A stretch of DNA of 64,000 nucleotides from NCBI RefSeq assembly GCF_009914755.1, contig NC_060935.1; one strand, given 5' to 3'. The stretch is from the human T2T-CHM13v2.0 reference genome, Homo sapiens. A program made the translations under genes and the position numbers. Below the pieces are notes generated by a model. That model ran no database searches and had not been told where the DNA came from. It saw nothing but the letters and a program-made list of their open reading frames with translations. Position 1 is the stretch's first letter, and every line of letters starts with the position of its first letter. Positions 46,560 to 64,000 of this stretch are shown one piece after another.

Positions 46560-49420
46560 CAAAACAAATTCTTGTAGAAATTTTATAGATTTAGCATGTG
46601 GATCTCTAACTCATTTTAAGGTCATTTTTGTGTGTGTGTGCATTATATGAGGTAATGGCTGAAGTTTTTTTTTTTTTCTTATGGGTATCCAATTGACTCA
46701 GCATAATTTGTTGAAAAATATTGAGTTGCCTTGGCATTCTTTTAAAAATTTATATATTTGGATGTATTTTTGGACATTCTGTTATATTTTAGTGAGCTAT
46801 ATTTTTATCCTTAAGCCAATACCAAACAGTATTGATACTGGTACATTATACTAAATCTTGAAATTAGGTAGAGTAAGAACTAATCTTTCTTCTTTTTGAT
46901 AATTATTTGCTATTCTAGTTCCTTTTAAGTTCGCACATTTGCATATAAATTTCAGGATAAGCTTGTCAACATCTCCAAAAATTATGATTGGAATTGCATT
47001 GAAAATATAGAATGATATGGTAAAATAATTATTGTTTTCTATTTATTAATATGGTATATCCCTCCATTTATTTATGTATTTAATTTCTCTGACCAGTGTG
47101 TTCTACTTTTCATATACAGGTTTTGAATTGATTGTTATAATTTACTCCTCAAATTTCATGTTTTAAATAATGTTTTATATAGTATTTTGTTTCTAATTTC
47201 CATTTCTAATTGTTTGTTGCTATTGTAGAAATACAATTGATTTTTAAAATATTGACATTACATCCTGTTACTTTGCTAAACTTACTGATTAGGCCTATTA
47301 GTTTTTTGCAGAATACTTTAAATTTTCTACCTACATAATTATGTCATCTGCAAATAAACGTATTTTTATAATTTTGTTTCTTCCTTTGCAAGCTGTGTGT
47401 CTTTTATTTCCTTTTCTTATATTTTTGCAATGGCTGAAACCTAGGGTATATTGCTAGACCTAGGTTTCATAGCTGAATGGAAATGATGAGTGGACATCCT
47501 TGTCTTGTTCCCAATCTTAGAGGGATAGTGTTCATCATTAAGTGGAATCTGCAAGGCTATATGCACTTTCATTATTGACATGAGTTGCCTTTTCTCTCTC
47601 TCTCCCCTTACTTCTTTCCATCTTTTGCTCCTTCACATTAATTCAGCTAATTGTTTATCAATTTTATTGATCTTTTAAAATAATCAGATATTTGTTTCAT
47701 TGATTTTTCTATTTTTAAAATTTACATTTCATTGATTCTTGTTCTAATCTTTATTATTTCCTATCTTCTACTTAGTTTCTGCTTAATTTGTTGTTATTTT
47801 CTGTTTCTGTAGTACAAAACTTTTGATAATTGTTTTCAGACATTATTTTAATTAATTAATTTATTTATTTTGAGATGGAGTCTTGCTGTGTCACCCAGGC
47901 TAGAGTGCACTGGCACGAATCTTGGCTCACTGCAACCTCTGCCTCCCAGGGTCAAGTGATTCTCTCTTGTTTCAGCCTCCCTAGTAGCTGGGATTACAAG
48001 TGTAAGCCACTGTGCCCGGCCTATTTATTTTTAATGTATACACTTTGTGACCCAAATTTCCTTTTTAGAACTTTTATTACTTCCCTGAAATTCAGATATG
48101 TTGTGCTTTAAATTTCATTTATTTCAAAATACCTTTTGTATTGTGATTTCTTTAACATAAAAATTATATGAAAAAATTCATTTTTTGACTATTTAAAAAT
48201 GTATAATCAATTGGCTTTGGGTACAATCACAATGTTTTACGATAATTACAACTATCTAATTGCAGAACATTTTCATTGCCTCCGAATAGTTGAACAGTCA
48301 TTTCTATTTCCCCTTTTCCCCAGTCCCTGGTAACCACTAATCCGCTTTTTGTTCCTATTAATTTGCTTATTTTGGACATTTTATATACATAGAATTAGGC
48401 AATTTTCAACCTTTAGTGTCTTCTTTCACTTAGTATGCTTTCAAGTTTCATCCATGTTGTAGCATGCATCAGTACTTTATTGTGGACATACCACAATTTG
48501 GTTATCCATTCATACAGACTGATAGAAATTTAGGTTGTTTTCACAATTGTGAGTAGTGCTGCTATAAACTCTTGTGTACAAGTTTGTTCAAACACCTGTT
48601 TTTAATTCTTTTCGGTATATATATAGGAGTGGAATTTCTGGGTCAGGTGGTCATTCTATGTTCAACTTTTTGAAGAACAACCAAACAGTTTTTCAGAGAT
48701 CCATAGATTTTACATTTCCTTTAGTAATTGTAGTAGATTTCCAATTATTCAATATCCTTGCCAACACTGGATAATTGCCATTTAAAAAATTATGGCCATC
48801 CACTGGGTGTGAAGTGGTATTTCATTGCAATGTTGATTTACATTTCCCAATGACCAATGATGTTTAGCCTATTTTTATATGCTTATTAGTTATATGTATA
48901 TCGTATTCGGAAAATGTCTTTTTCAAATTCTTTGCGTATTTTCAAATTGGGTTGTTTACCTTTTTTTGTTGAGTTGTAAGAGTTCTTTATATATTCTGGA
49001 AACAAGACTCTTATCAGATATATGATTTTACAAATATTTCTCCTATTCTTTGGGTTGATTTTCACTTTTTTGATAGTGTACTTTGATTCAGAAGCATTTT
49101 TAATTTTGATAAAGTCCAATTTATGTATTTTGAAATTTGGGAACGGTGCTTTTACCATTTTATCAAGATTAGGATAGTTAGTGACATTTATTTTCACATG
49201 CTATTCTTGTTTTTCCCCAAATAATCGCCTGATAAGTGAATTGATCTTGTTTTATAACTTGTTATGCTTTGTTTTTCAGTTTTTTCAGAATCTCTAATTA
49301 TTAATGTGGAGAGAATAAAATAATAGCAATATCCTGTCTCCAAATCCATGGACCTGGAATATCTCTCTGTTTATTTAGATATTTTAAAACTGCTTTTACC
49401 AATTTTTTGTAGTTGTACAT
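46560..49420 (-). mobile_element. Old L1M (L1MB/MC/ME) ORF2 and 3' fragments
   Basis: T-rich antisense ORF2 text (attatgtcatctgcaaataa; ggacatccttgtcttgttcc; ggtgtgaagtggtatttcattg). Confidence 0.7.
47855..48021 (-). mobile_element. Single Alu monomer (FRAM-like or intra-Alu recombinant)
   Basis: Right-arm body joined directly to a ggccgggcacagtggct 5' end. Confidence 0.75.
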
Positions 49421-49816
49421 TTAAAAAATATTTTGAACTTTTAGATAAAAAGTAAAAATAATACTGTTGAAGCTGCAGAGAAATGGGAACACTTACATAA
49501 TGTTGGCGGGAATGTAAATTAGCTCAGCTACTTTGGAGAGTGGTTTGGAGATTTCTCAAAGAACTGTTCTGTTTTTTTTTTTTAAATAGATTTTAAGGGT
49601 ACAAGGGCAGGTTTGTTCCATGGATATATTGTGTAGTGGTGAGGTCTGGGCTTTAAGTGTACTCATTTCCTGCATAGTGAACATTGTATCCAGTAAGTAA
49701 TTTTTCAGCTCTCAACATTCTCCCACCCTCCCACCTTTTGGAGTTTCCAATGTCTACTTTTTCACTCTGTATGTCCATGTATGCCATTGTTTAGCTCTCA
49801 CTGAAAGTGAGAACAT

Positions 49817-50089
49817 CTACACTCATAAGTGGGAGTTGAACAATGATAACACATGGACAGAGAGAGGGGAACATCACACACTGGGGCCTGTCGGGGGATT
49901 GGGGGTTAGGGGAGGAACAGCATTAGGAGAAATACCTAATGTAGATGATGGGTTGATGGGTGCAGCAAATGACCATGACATGTGTATACCTGTGTAAAAA
50001 ACCTGCACATTCTGCAGTTGCATCCTAGAACTTGAAGTATAATAATAACAAAAAAACTAAATAAAAATTTGCTGTTTAGTTACTTAAAA
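49817..50089 (+). mobile_element. L1PA7-like 3' end fragment with short 3' transduction
   Basis: aatgtagatgatgggttgatggg diagnostic; 13-bp TSD aaagtgagaacat 49804-49816/50090-50102. Confidence 0.9.
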
Positions 50090-50217
50090 AAAGTGAGAAC
50101 ATGTAGCATTTGGCTTTCTGTTCCTGGGTTATGTAACTTAGAATCATGTCCACCAGTTCCATCCATATTGCTGCAAAATACAAGATTACATTTTTTATGG
50201 CTGAGTACCATTCCATG

Positions 50218-50220
50218 GTG

Positions 50221-50251
<31 letters not shown>

Positions 50252-50296
50252 GTATATATATCTCACATTTGTGATATCTATCTATATATCTCACAT
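50218..50296. repeat. (TG)n/(TA)n microsatellite with a short tandem tatatctcacattt duplication
   Basis: Directly visible. Confidence 0.85.
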
Positions 50297-53200
50297 TTTC
50301 TTTATCCATCATCTGTTGATGGTTGATTCCGTGTCCTTACTATTGTGAATAGTGCTGCAAAGAACATAGTGCAGGTGTCATTTTGATAGAATGATGTCTT
50401 TTTCTTTGGGCGGATACCCAGTAGTGGGATTGCTGGATCAAAGGGCAGTACTATTTTTAGTTCTTTGATAAATCTCCCTCTGTTTTTCTTGCAGGTTTTA
50501 TTAATTTTATTCCTAGCAGTATTGTATATTTCCTGTTGTTTTTGACTTTTTAATAATAGCCAGTCTGACTGGTGTAAGATGGAATTTCATTGTGGCTTTA
50601 ATTTATATTTCTCTGATGATCAGTGGTGTTAAGCACTTTTTCATGTTTGTTTCTGCTTGTATGTCTGTTTTTTGGAAAAGTGCCTGTTTATGTCCTTTTC
50701 CCACTTTTAAATGGGGTTATTATTAGTTTTCTTATTTGAGTTCCTTGTAGATTCTTCATACTATCCTTTTGTCAGATGCTTAATCTGCAAATATTTTCTC
50801 CCATTTTTTAAATTGTTTATTCTGTTAATTATTTTGCTGTGCAGAAGCTATTTAATTTTATTAAGTCCCCTTTATATATTTTTGTTGTGTTTGATTTTGA
50901 GGACTTGGTCATAAATTTTTTGCCCAGGCCAATGTCCAGAAGAGCTTTTCTTAGGTTTTCTTCTATGATCTTTATAGTTTCAGACTTACATTTAAGTCTT
51001 TTTATCCATCTTGTGTTAATTTTCTTACATAGTGAGAGATATGGGTCCACATTTATTCCTCTGCATATGGCTATCCAATTTATCATTTATTGAATAGGTT
51101 GTCCTTCCCTCAGTGCATATTTTTGTCACCTTTGTTGAGAATCAGTCAGTTATAGGTATGTGGCTTTATTTCTGGGTTCTCTATTCTGTTCCATTGATCT
51201 ATGTGTCTATTTTTGTATCAGTGTCATGCTGTTTTAGTTATTATAGCCTTGGAGTATAATTTAAAGTCAGGTAATGTAATGCCTCCAGCTTTGTTATTTT
51301 TGCTTAGGATTGCCTTGGCTATTCAGGGTCATTTTTAGTTCCATATGAATTCTAGGACTTTTCCCAATTCTTTGAAAAATGGCATTGGTAATTTGATAGA
51401 AACTGCATTGAATCTATAGATTTCTTGCCATCTTAAGAGTATTTATTCTTACAATCCATGAGCATAGGATTTTTGTTTGTGTCATCGATGATTGTGTTAT
51501 CAGTGTCTTGTAGTTCTCCTTGTGGAGATCTTTCACCTCTGTGGTTAAGTTTATTTGTATGTATTTTATTCTTCTTGCAACTACTGTAAATAGGATTCAC
51601 TTCTTGATTTAGTTCTCAGCATGATTGTTATTGGTATATAAAAATGCTACTGATTTTTGCATGTTGATTTTGTATCCTGAAACATTAATGAAGTCATTTG
51701 TGAAATCTAGGAGTCTTTTGGAGGAGTCTTTGGTGTTTGTTTTTTTTTTTTTTTTTTGGTTTTTTGATCATATTATCAGTCAACAGAAATAATTTAACTT
51801 CTTATTTTCCAATTTGGATATGTTTTATTTGTCTCTCCTGAGTTCTCTAGCTACGACTTCTAGTACTAACTGTATTGAGTAGGAGTGTTGAAAGTGGGCA
51901 TCCTTGTCTTGTTCCAGTTCTTAAAGGGGAATGCTTTAAACAGTATCCTGTCCAGTATACTGTTGGCCGTGGGTTTGTTGAATATAATTTTTATTATTTT
52001 GAGTTTTGTTCCTTTGATGCCTAGTTTTTTTGAGAGTTTTTATCAGGAAGAGATGCTGAATTTTATGAAATTCCTTTTCTGCATTTATTGAGATCATCAC
52101 ATGGTTTTTATTTTTAATTCATATGATATGGTGAATCACATTTATTGATTTGCATATGTTTAACCATTCTTGCATCTCTGTAGTAAAACTCACTTGATTG
52201 TAGGGCATTTTATTTTTGATGTGCTGTTGGATTTGTTTTGCTGGTATTTTATTGAGATTTTTGCATAGATATTGATCAGGGATATTGGTCTGTAGTATTT
52301 GTGTATGTATGTGCCCTTGAATGGCTTTGGCATCAGAGTGATCCTGGCTTCATAGAATGAGTAAGGGAGGATTCTCTTCTTTATTTTTTTAAAACAGCTT
52401 CCATAGAGTTGGTACCAGTACTTTTTTTACATCTGGTAGAATTCAATTATAAATCTATCTGGTCTTTGGCTTTTCTTGACAAGCTGGGGGAGGTTTTAAA
52501 ATTACTATTTAAGTTTAATTAGTCATTACTGGTCAGTTTAGCATTTCTATTTCTTCCTGGTTCAATCTTGGGATGTTATATGTTTTCAGAAATATATATA
52601 CTTTTCCTCCAGGTTTTTTATTTTATTTGTGTAGAGATGCTCATAGTAGTTTATGATAATCTTTTGTATTTCTGTGGTATCAATTGTAATGTCACCTTTA
52701 TCATTTCTTATTATACTTACACGAATATTCTCTCTTTTTCTTGGTTACTCTATCTAGCAGTCTACCAATTTTGTTCATCTCTTCAAAGAGCCAACTTTTA
52801 ATTTCATTGATCCTTTACATATTTTTTTGGTCCCAATTTTACCAAGTTCTGATCTGTGTAGTTTTTTTTCTTTTAACTTTGGCTATTGTTTGTTCTTGAT
52901 TTTCTAGTTCCTTGAGGTACAACATTCGGTTGACAACTTGAGATATTTCTACTTTTTTGATGTAGGTATTGAACCCTATTAAGTTCCCTCTTAGCACTGT
53001 TTTTGCTGTATATCAGAAGTTTTGAGATGCTGTGTTTCTATTTCCATTTGTTTCCAATTTCTTTAAAATTTCTGCCTTGCTTCATCATTGATATGAAGTT
53101 TGTTCAGGAGCAGGTTGTTTAATTTCCATGGATTTGTATTGTTTTGAGAGCTCCTTTTAATATTTATTTCTAGTTTTATTCCACTCTGATCCAAGAAAAT

Positions 53201-53724
53201 TCTTGTTATGGTTTCAATTTAAAAAAATTTATTGAGACTTGCCTTGTGGACTAGTATATGGTTTATTTTTGAGAATATTCTATGCACAGATGAGAAGAAT
53301 GTGTATTTTTCATGTGTTGGGTAGAATGCTCTGTAAGTGTCCATTAGGTTCATGTGGTTTAGAGTCCAGTTTTAGCTCACAGTTTCTTTGTTCATTTTCT
53401 GCCTCAATGATTTGTCTAGTGCCATCAGTGGGGGTATTGAAGTCCCCCACTATTATTACATGGCTGTACACTTTTTTTAAAATCTATGCTTTTTACAATT
53501 TTTTTATTTTTTTCTATTTTTTTAACTTTATTCATAATTGGGATTGACAAGTTTTCTTTTTTTCCTTTTAGAAATGGAGTCTGGCTCTGTTGCCCAGGCT
53601 GGAGTGCAGTGGCATGATCTCGGCTCACTGCAAGGTCCGCCTTCCATGTTCACGCCATTCTCCTGCCTCAGCCTCCTGAGTAGCTGAGACTACAGGCCCC
53701 TGCCACCATGCCTGGCTAACTTTT

Positions 53725-56027
53725 ATTTTTTTCACATTTCTCTTTTTTATTTCTATGCCTTGCTTATTTTCAAAAACAGGTTTTAACTTCTATAACATTT
53801 TCTGAATAGCACTGCTGGAAAAAGAATAAATTTATTTGCTTTTTTGGTATATCATACACTGCATTTCCTTCCCTTAAAAATTTATTTTGCCATTTTAAAC
53901 TTTATTTCCTGAAAAAATTAGCATTAAATACTATTTTTATCCATAGTTGAAAAAAACTAAAGCATCCATTTTACATTTCTATATTAAAGAAATTTGAACA
54001 TGTAACACATATATTTACAGTTTATAACTCACTTTTACATATGTTTCCTCAATGCAAAATTTTGCTTAACTTTAACACAGCTTAAACATAATGTTGCCCA
54101 TATGACAGTCTTGCTGCTTTTGATATTTTATAATCTACAATGGTAAAAGCTGGGAAACAGTTTCAAAGTTTGTGGCTTGGTATGTCAAACAGAATTTGAC
54201 TTTCACAATTTGTCTAAAATCTTTTTGCCAAAAATTCACAACACAGTTTTATAAAGAAAGTGGGAGGAGCTTAGTTGGAGCAATTTATAGACCGTGCAGT
54301 GGGAAGTGATGTCCAGAGATTAAGTAGTCAACTTATTCATCTCCTGTGGCAGATGGTTTTCTGTCCTTCCCTTGATGGTTTCCAGGAATAACACACCCAT
54401 AGTGTTCTAAATTAGCTGATTTGTCATTTTATTTGAATATGTGTTATAGGTTGTTCTTTATTTCCTAAATTTTATTTTTTCAGTTTAACTTATTTGTTAA
54501 TTCTTTTTCTTTTTGAAAAGAGGAGACTCAAATAACTTCTTTGGAAAATGATTCTTAATTTATCTGCAGCCCTATTTTGAAATAAAGTGTATATGGTAAA
54601 GAAAAGATTTGTACCATTTCAAATTTTTTTGTTAAGGATTGAAACTTGAGCTGCAAAAAGTTGTCTGTCTGTTTTTGAGACAGGGTATTGCTCTGTGGCC
54701 CAGGCTGGAGTGCAGTGGCATGATCATGACTCACTTCAGCCTTGAACATGTGGGCTCAAGTGATCCTCCAGCCTCTGCCTTAAATGTATATATATATATA
54801 TATTTATTATACTTTAAGTTTTAGGGTACATGTGCACCACGTGCAGATTTGTTACAAAACAGAGATATAGACCAATGGAACTGAACAGAGCCCTCAGAAA
54901 TAATGCCACATATCTACAACTATCTGATCTTAGACAAACCTGACAAAAACAGGAAATGGGGAAATGATTCCCTATTTAATAAATGGTGCTGGGAAAACTG
55001 GCTTGCCATATGTAGAAAGCTGAAACTGGATCCCTTCCTTACACCTTATACAAAATTAATTCAAGATAGAATAAAGACTTAGATCTAAAACCATAAAAAC
55101 CCTAGAAGAAAACCTAGGCAGTACCATTCAGGACATAGGCATGGGCAAGGACTTCATGTCTAAAACACCAAAAGCAATGGCAACAAAAGCCAAAATTGAC
55201 AAATGGGAGCTAATTAAACTAAAGAGCTTCTGCAGAGCAAAAGAAACTACCATCAGAGTGAACAGGCAACCTACAGAATGGGAGAACATTTTTGCAATCT
55301 ATTCATCTGACAAAGGGCTAATATCCAGAATCTACAATGAAATACAACAAATTTACAAGAAAAAAAAACAAACAACCCCATCAAAAAGTGGGCAAAGGAT
55401 ATGAACAGACACTACTCAAAAGAAGACATTTATGCAGCCAAAAAACACATGAAAAAATGCTCATCATCACTGGCCATCAGAGAAATGCAAATCAAAACCA
55501 CAATGAGATACCATCTCACACCAGTTAGAATGGTGATCATTAAAAAGTCAGGGAACAACAGGTGCTGGAGAGGATGTGGAGAAATAGGAACACTTTTACA
55601 CTGTTGGTGGGACTGTAAACTAGTTCAACCATTGTGGGAGTCAGTGTGGTGATTCTTCAGGGATCTAGAACTAGAAATACCATTTGACTCAGCCATCCCA
55701 TTACTGGGTATGTACCCAAAAGGTTATAAATCATGCTGCTATAAAGACACATGCACAAGTATGTTTATTGTGACACTATTCACAATAGCAAAGACTTGGA
55801 ACCAAGCCGAATGTCCAACAATGATAGACTGGATTAAGAAAATGTGGCACATATACACCATGGAATACTAGGCAGCCATAAAAAATGATGAGTTCTTGTA
55901 CTTTGTAAGGTCATGGATGAAGCTGGAAACCATCATTCTCGGCAAACTATCACAAGGACAAAAAACCAAACACTGCATGTTCTCACTCATAGTTGGGAAT
56001 TGAACAATGAGAACACATGGACACAGT
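53725..56027 (-). mobile_element. 5'-inverted L1PA (inverted 54856-56026 on +, sense 3' tip 54801-54855) carrying a ~1.07 kb 3' transduction (53733-54800)
   Basis: TSD atgcctggctaactttt / atacccggctaattttt (53708-53724 / 56028-56044); minus-strand AATAAA at 53746-53751 before the T-run. Confidence 0.85.
54672..54780 (-). mobile_element. AluJ-like fragment inside the transduced segment
   Basis: gagacagggt...cccaggctggagtgcagtgg...gggctcaagtgatcctcc. Confidence 0.8.
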
Positions 56028-56261
56028 ATACCCGGCTAATTTTTTTATGTAGAGATGGGGTTTCTCTGTGTTAGACAGGATGGTCTCATGATCTGCCTGT
56101 CTTGGCCTCTGAAAGTGCTGGGATTACAGGCATGAGCCACTGTGCCTGGCCGAGAAGTTTTCTTTTTAAATTTTATTATTTCAACATAATAATGGCTTCT
56201 CAAGTAAATTGAGGAACTTTACAATGTCTTTTTTCTTCTATGGTTTTGAATTTTTGTTTTT

Positions 56262-63036
<6,775 letters not shown>

Positions 63037-63345
63037 CACTGTACACCTTTTCTTAGGTCTAGTAGTATTTGTTTTATGTTTCTGGGTGCTCTCATGTTGG
63101 GTGTTTATGTATTTGTGATTGTTATAACTTGTTGAATTTATACATTGTCATTAGATAATAACCTTCTTTGTCTTTTTTTTTACTGTTGTTGATTTAAAAG
63201 TCTGTTATGTTTGATATAAATATGGCTACTCTTGCTTGCTTTGGGTTTTTATTTGCATGGAATATATTTTCCCACACATTTACCTTGAGCCTGCAAATTG
63301 TCTTCAACAATTTTGTGGGTTTGTAATAAGCAGCATCTGGTTGAA

Positions 63346-63707
<362 letters not shown>

Positions 63708-63842
63708 TAGTTGATATTGATATGTGAGTTTTTTCCCTGTCATAATGGTAATTGTTACCTAATGGCTTTGTAGTTTCAGTTGTGTAACTGCTTTATAAGA
63801 CCTGTAAATTTTATACTTTTGTGTGTTTTTATGATGGTGAAT

Positions 63843-64000
63843 ATGTTAGACCATTCTTACATTGCTATAAAGGAATACCCAGGACTGGGTAATTTAGAAA
63901 CAAAAGAGGTCTAATTGGCTCACAGTTGTTCAGGCTGAACAAGCATGGCATTGGCATCTTCTTGACTTCTGGAGAGGCCTCAGGAAGCTTTTACTCATGG
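63843..64000 (-). mobile_element. MaLR LTR (MSTA-like), truncated by the window end
   Basis: attgctataaaggaatacccaggactgggtaattt...aaagaggtctaattggctcacag...gaggcctcaggaagctt. Confidence 0.85.

Larger units (their letters stand above)
53562..56151 (-). mobile_element. AluY/Sc-like element split in two (right arm 53562-53724; linker and left arm 56028-56151)
   Basis: 16-bp TSD ga(c/g)aagttttcttttt at 53546-53561 and 56152-56167. Confidence 0.9.

Noticed and set aside
49445-49566. Plus-strand L1PB-like piece next to the L1PB tail, possibly an inversion
   Set aside because: The equivalent segment is still present at about 50460-50555 and no TSD links them; likely an independent fragment.

Overview
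Primate (almost certainly human) genomic DNA from an L1-saturated olfactory receptor region. The proteins match, from memory, the pericentromeric chr11 OR4C cluster. Only two genes are supportable, arranged tail-to-tail: an OR4C12-like pseudogene with one in-frame stop (29504-30433, +; probably OR4C50P) and the intact OR4C46 ORF (41093-42022, -). Most of the rest is retrotransposon-derived: five long L1PA copies, older L1PB/L1M, Alu, MIR, L2, MaLR/ERVL LTRs and a MER9 solo LTR. Nearly all listed ORFs are L1 or Alu debris. Most notable: (1) a ~190 bp paralogous non-coding block with an abutting homeodomain + O/E(EBF) site upstream of both OR genes, with the pseudogene's copy stranded between two inverted L1s; (2) patchwork sharing of unusual variants among four neighbouring L1PA copies; (3) a four-level nested insertion at 49.6-63.8 kb containing a ~1.07 kb L1 3' transduction; (4) a 5'UTR-only L1 with a perfect TSD; (5) three twin-priming inversions. 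No new protein-coding system is evident. Repeat subfamily and gene names come from recall, not from database searches.
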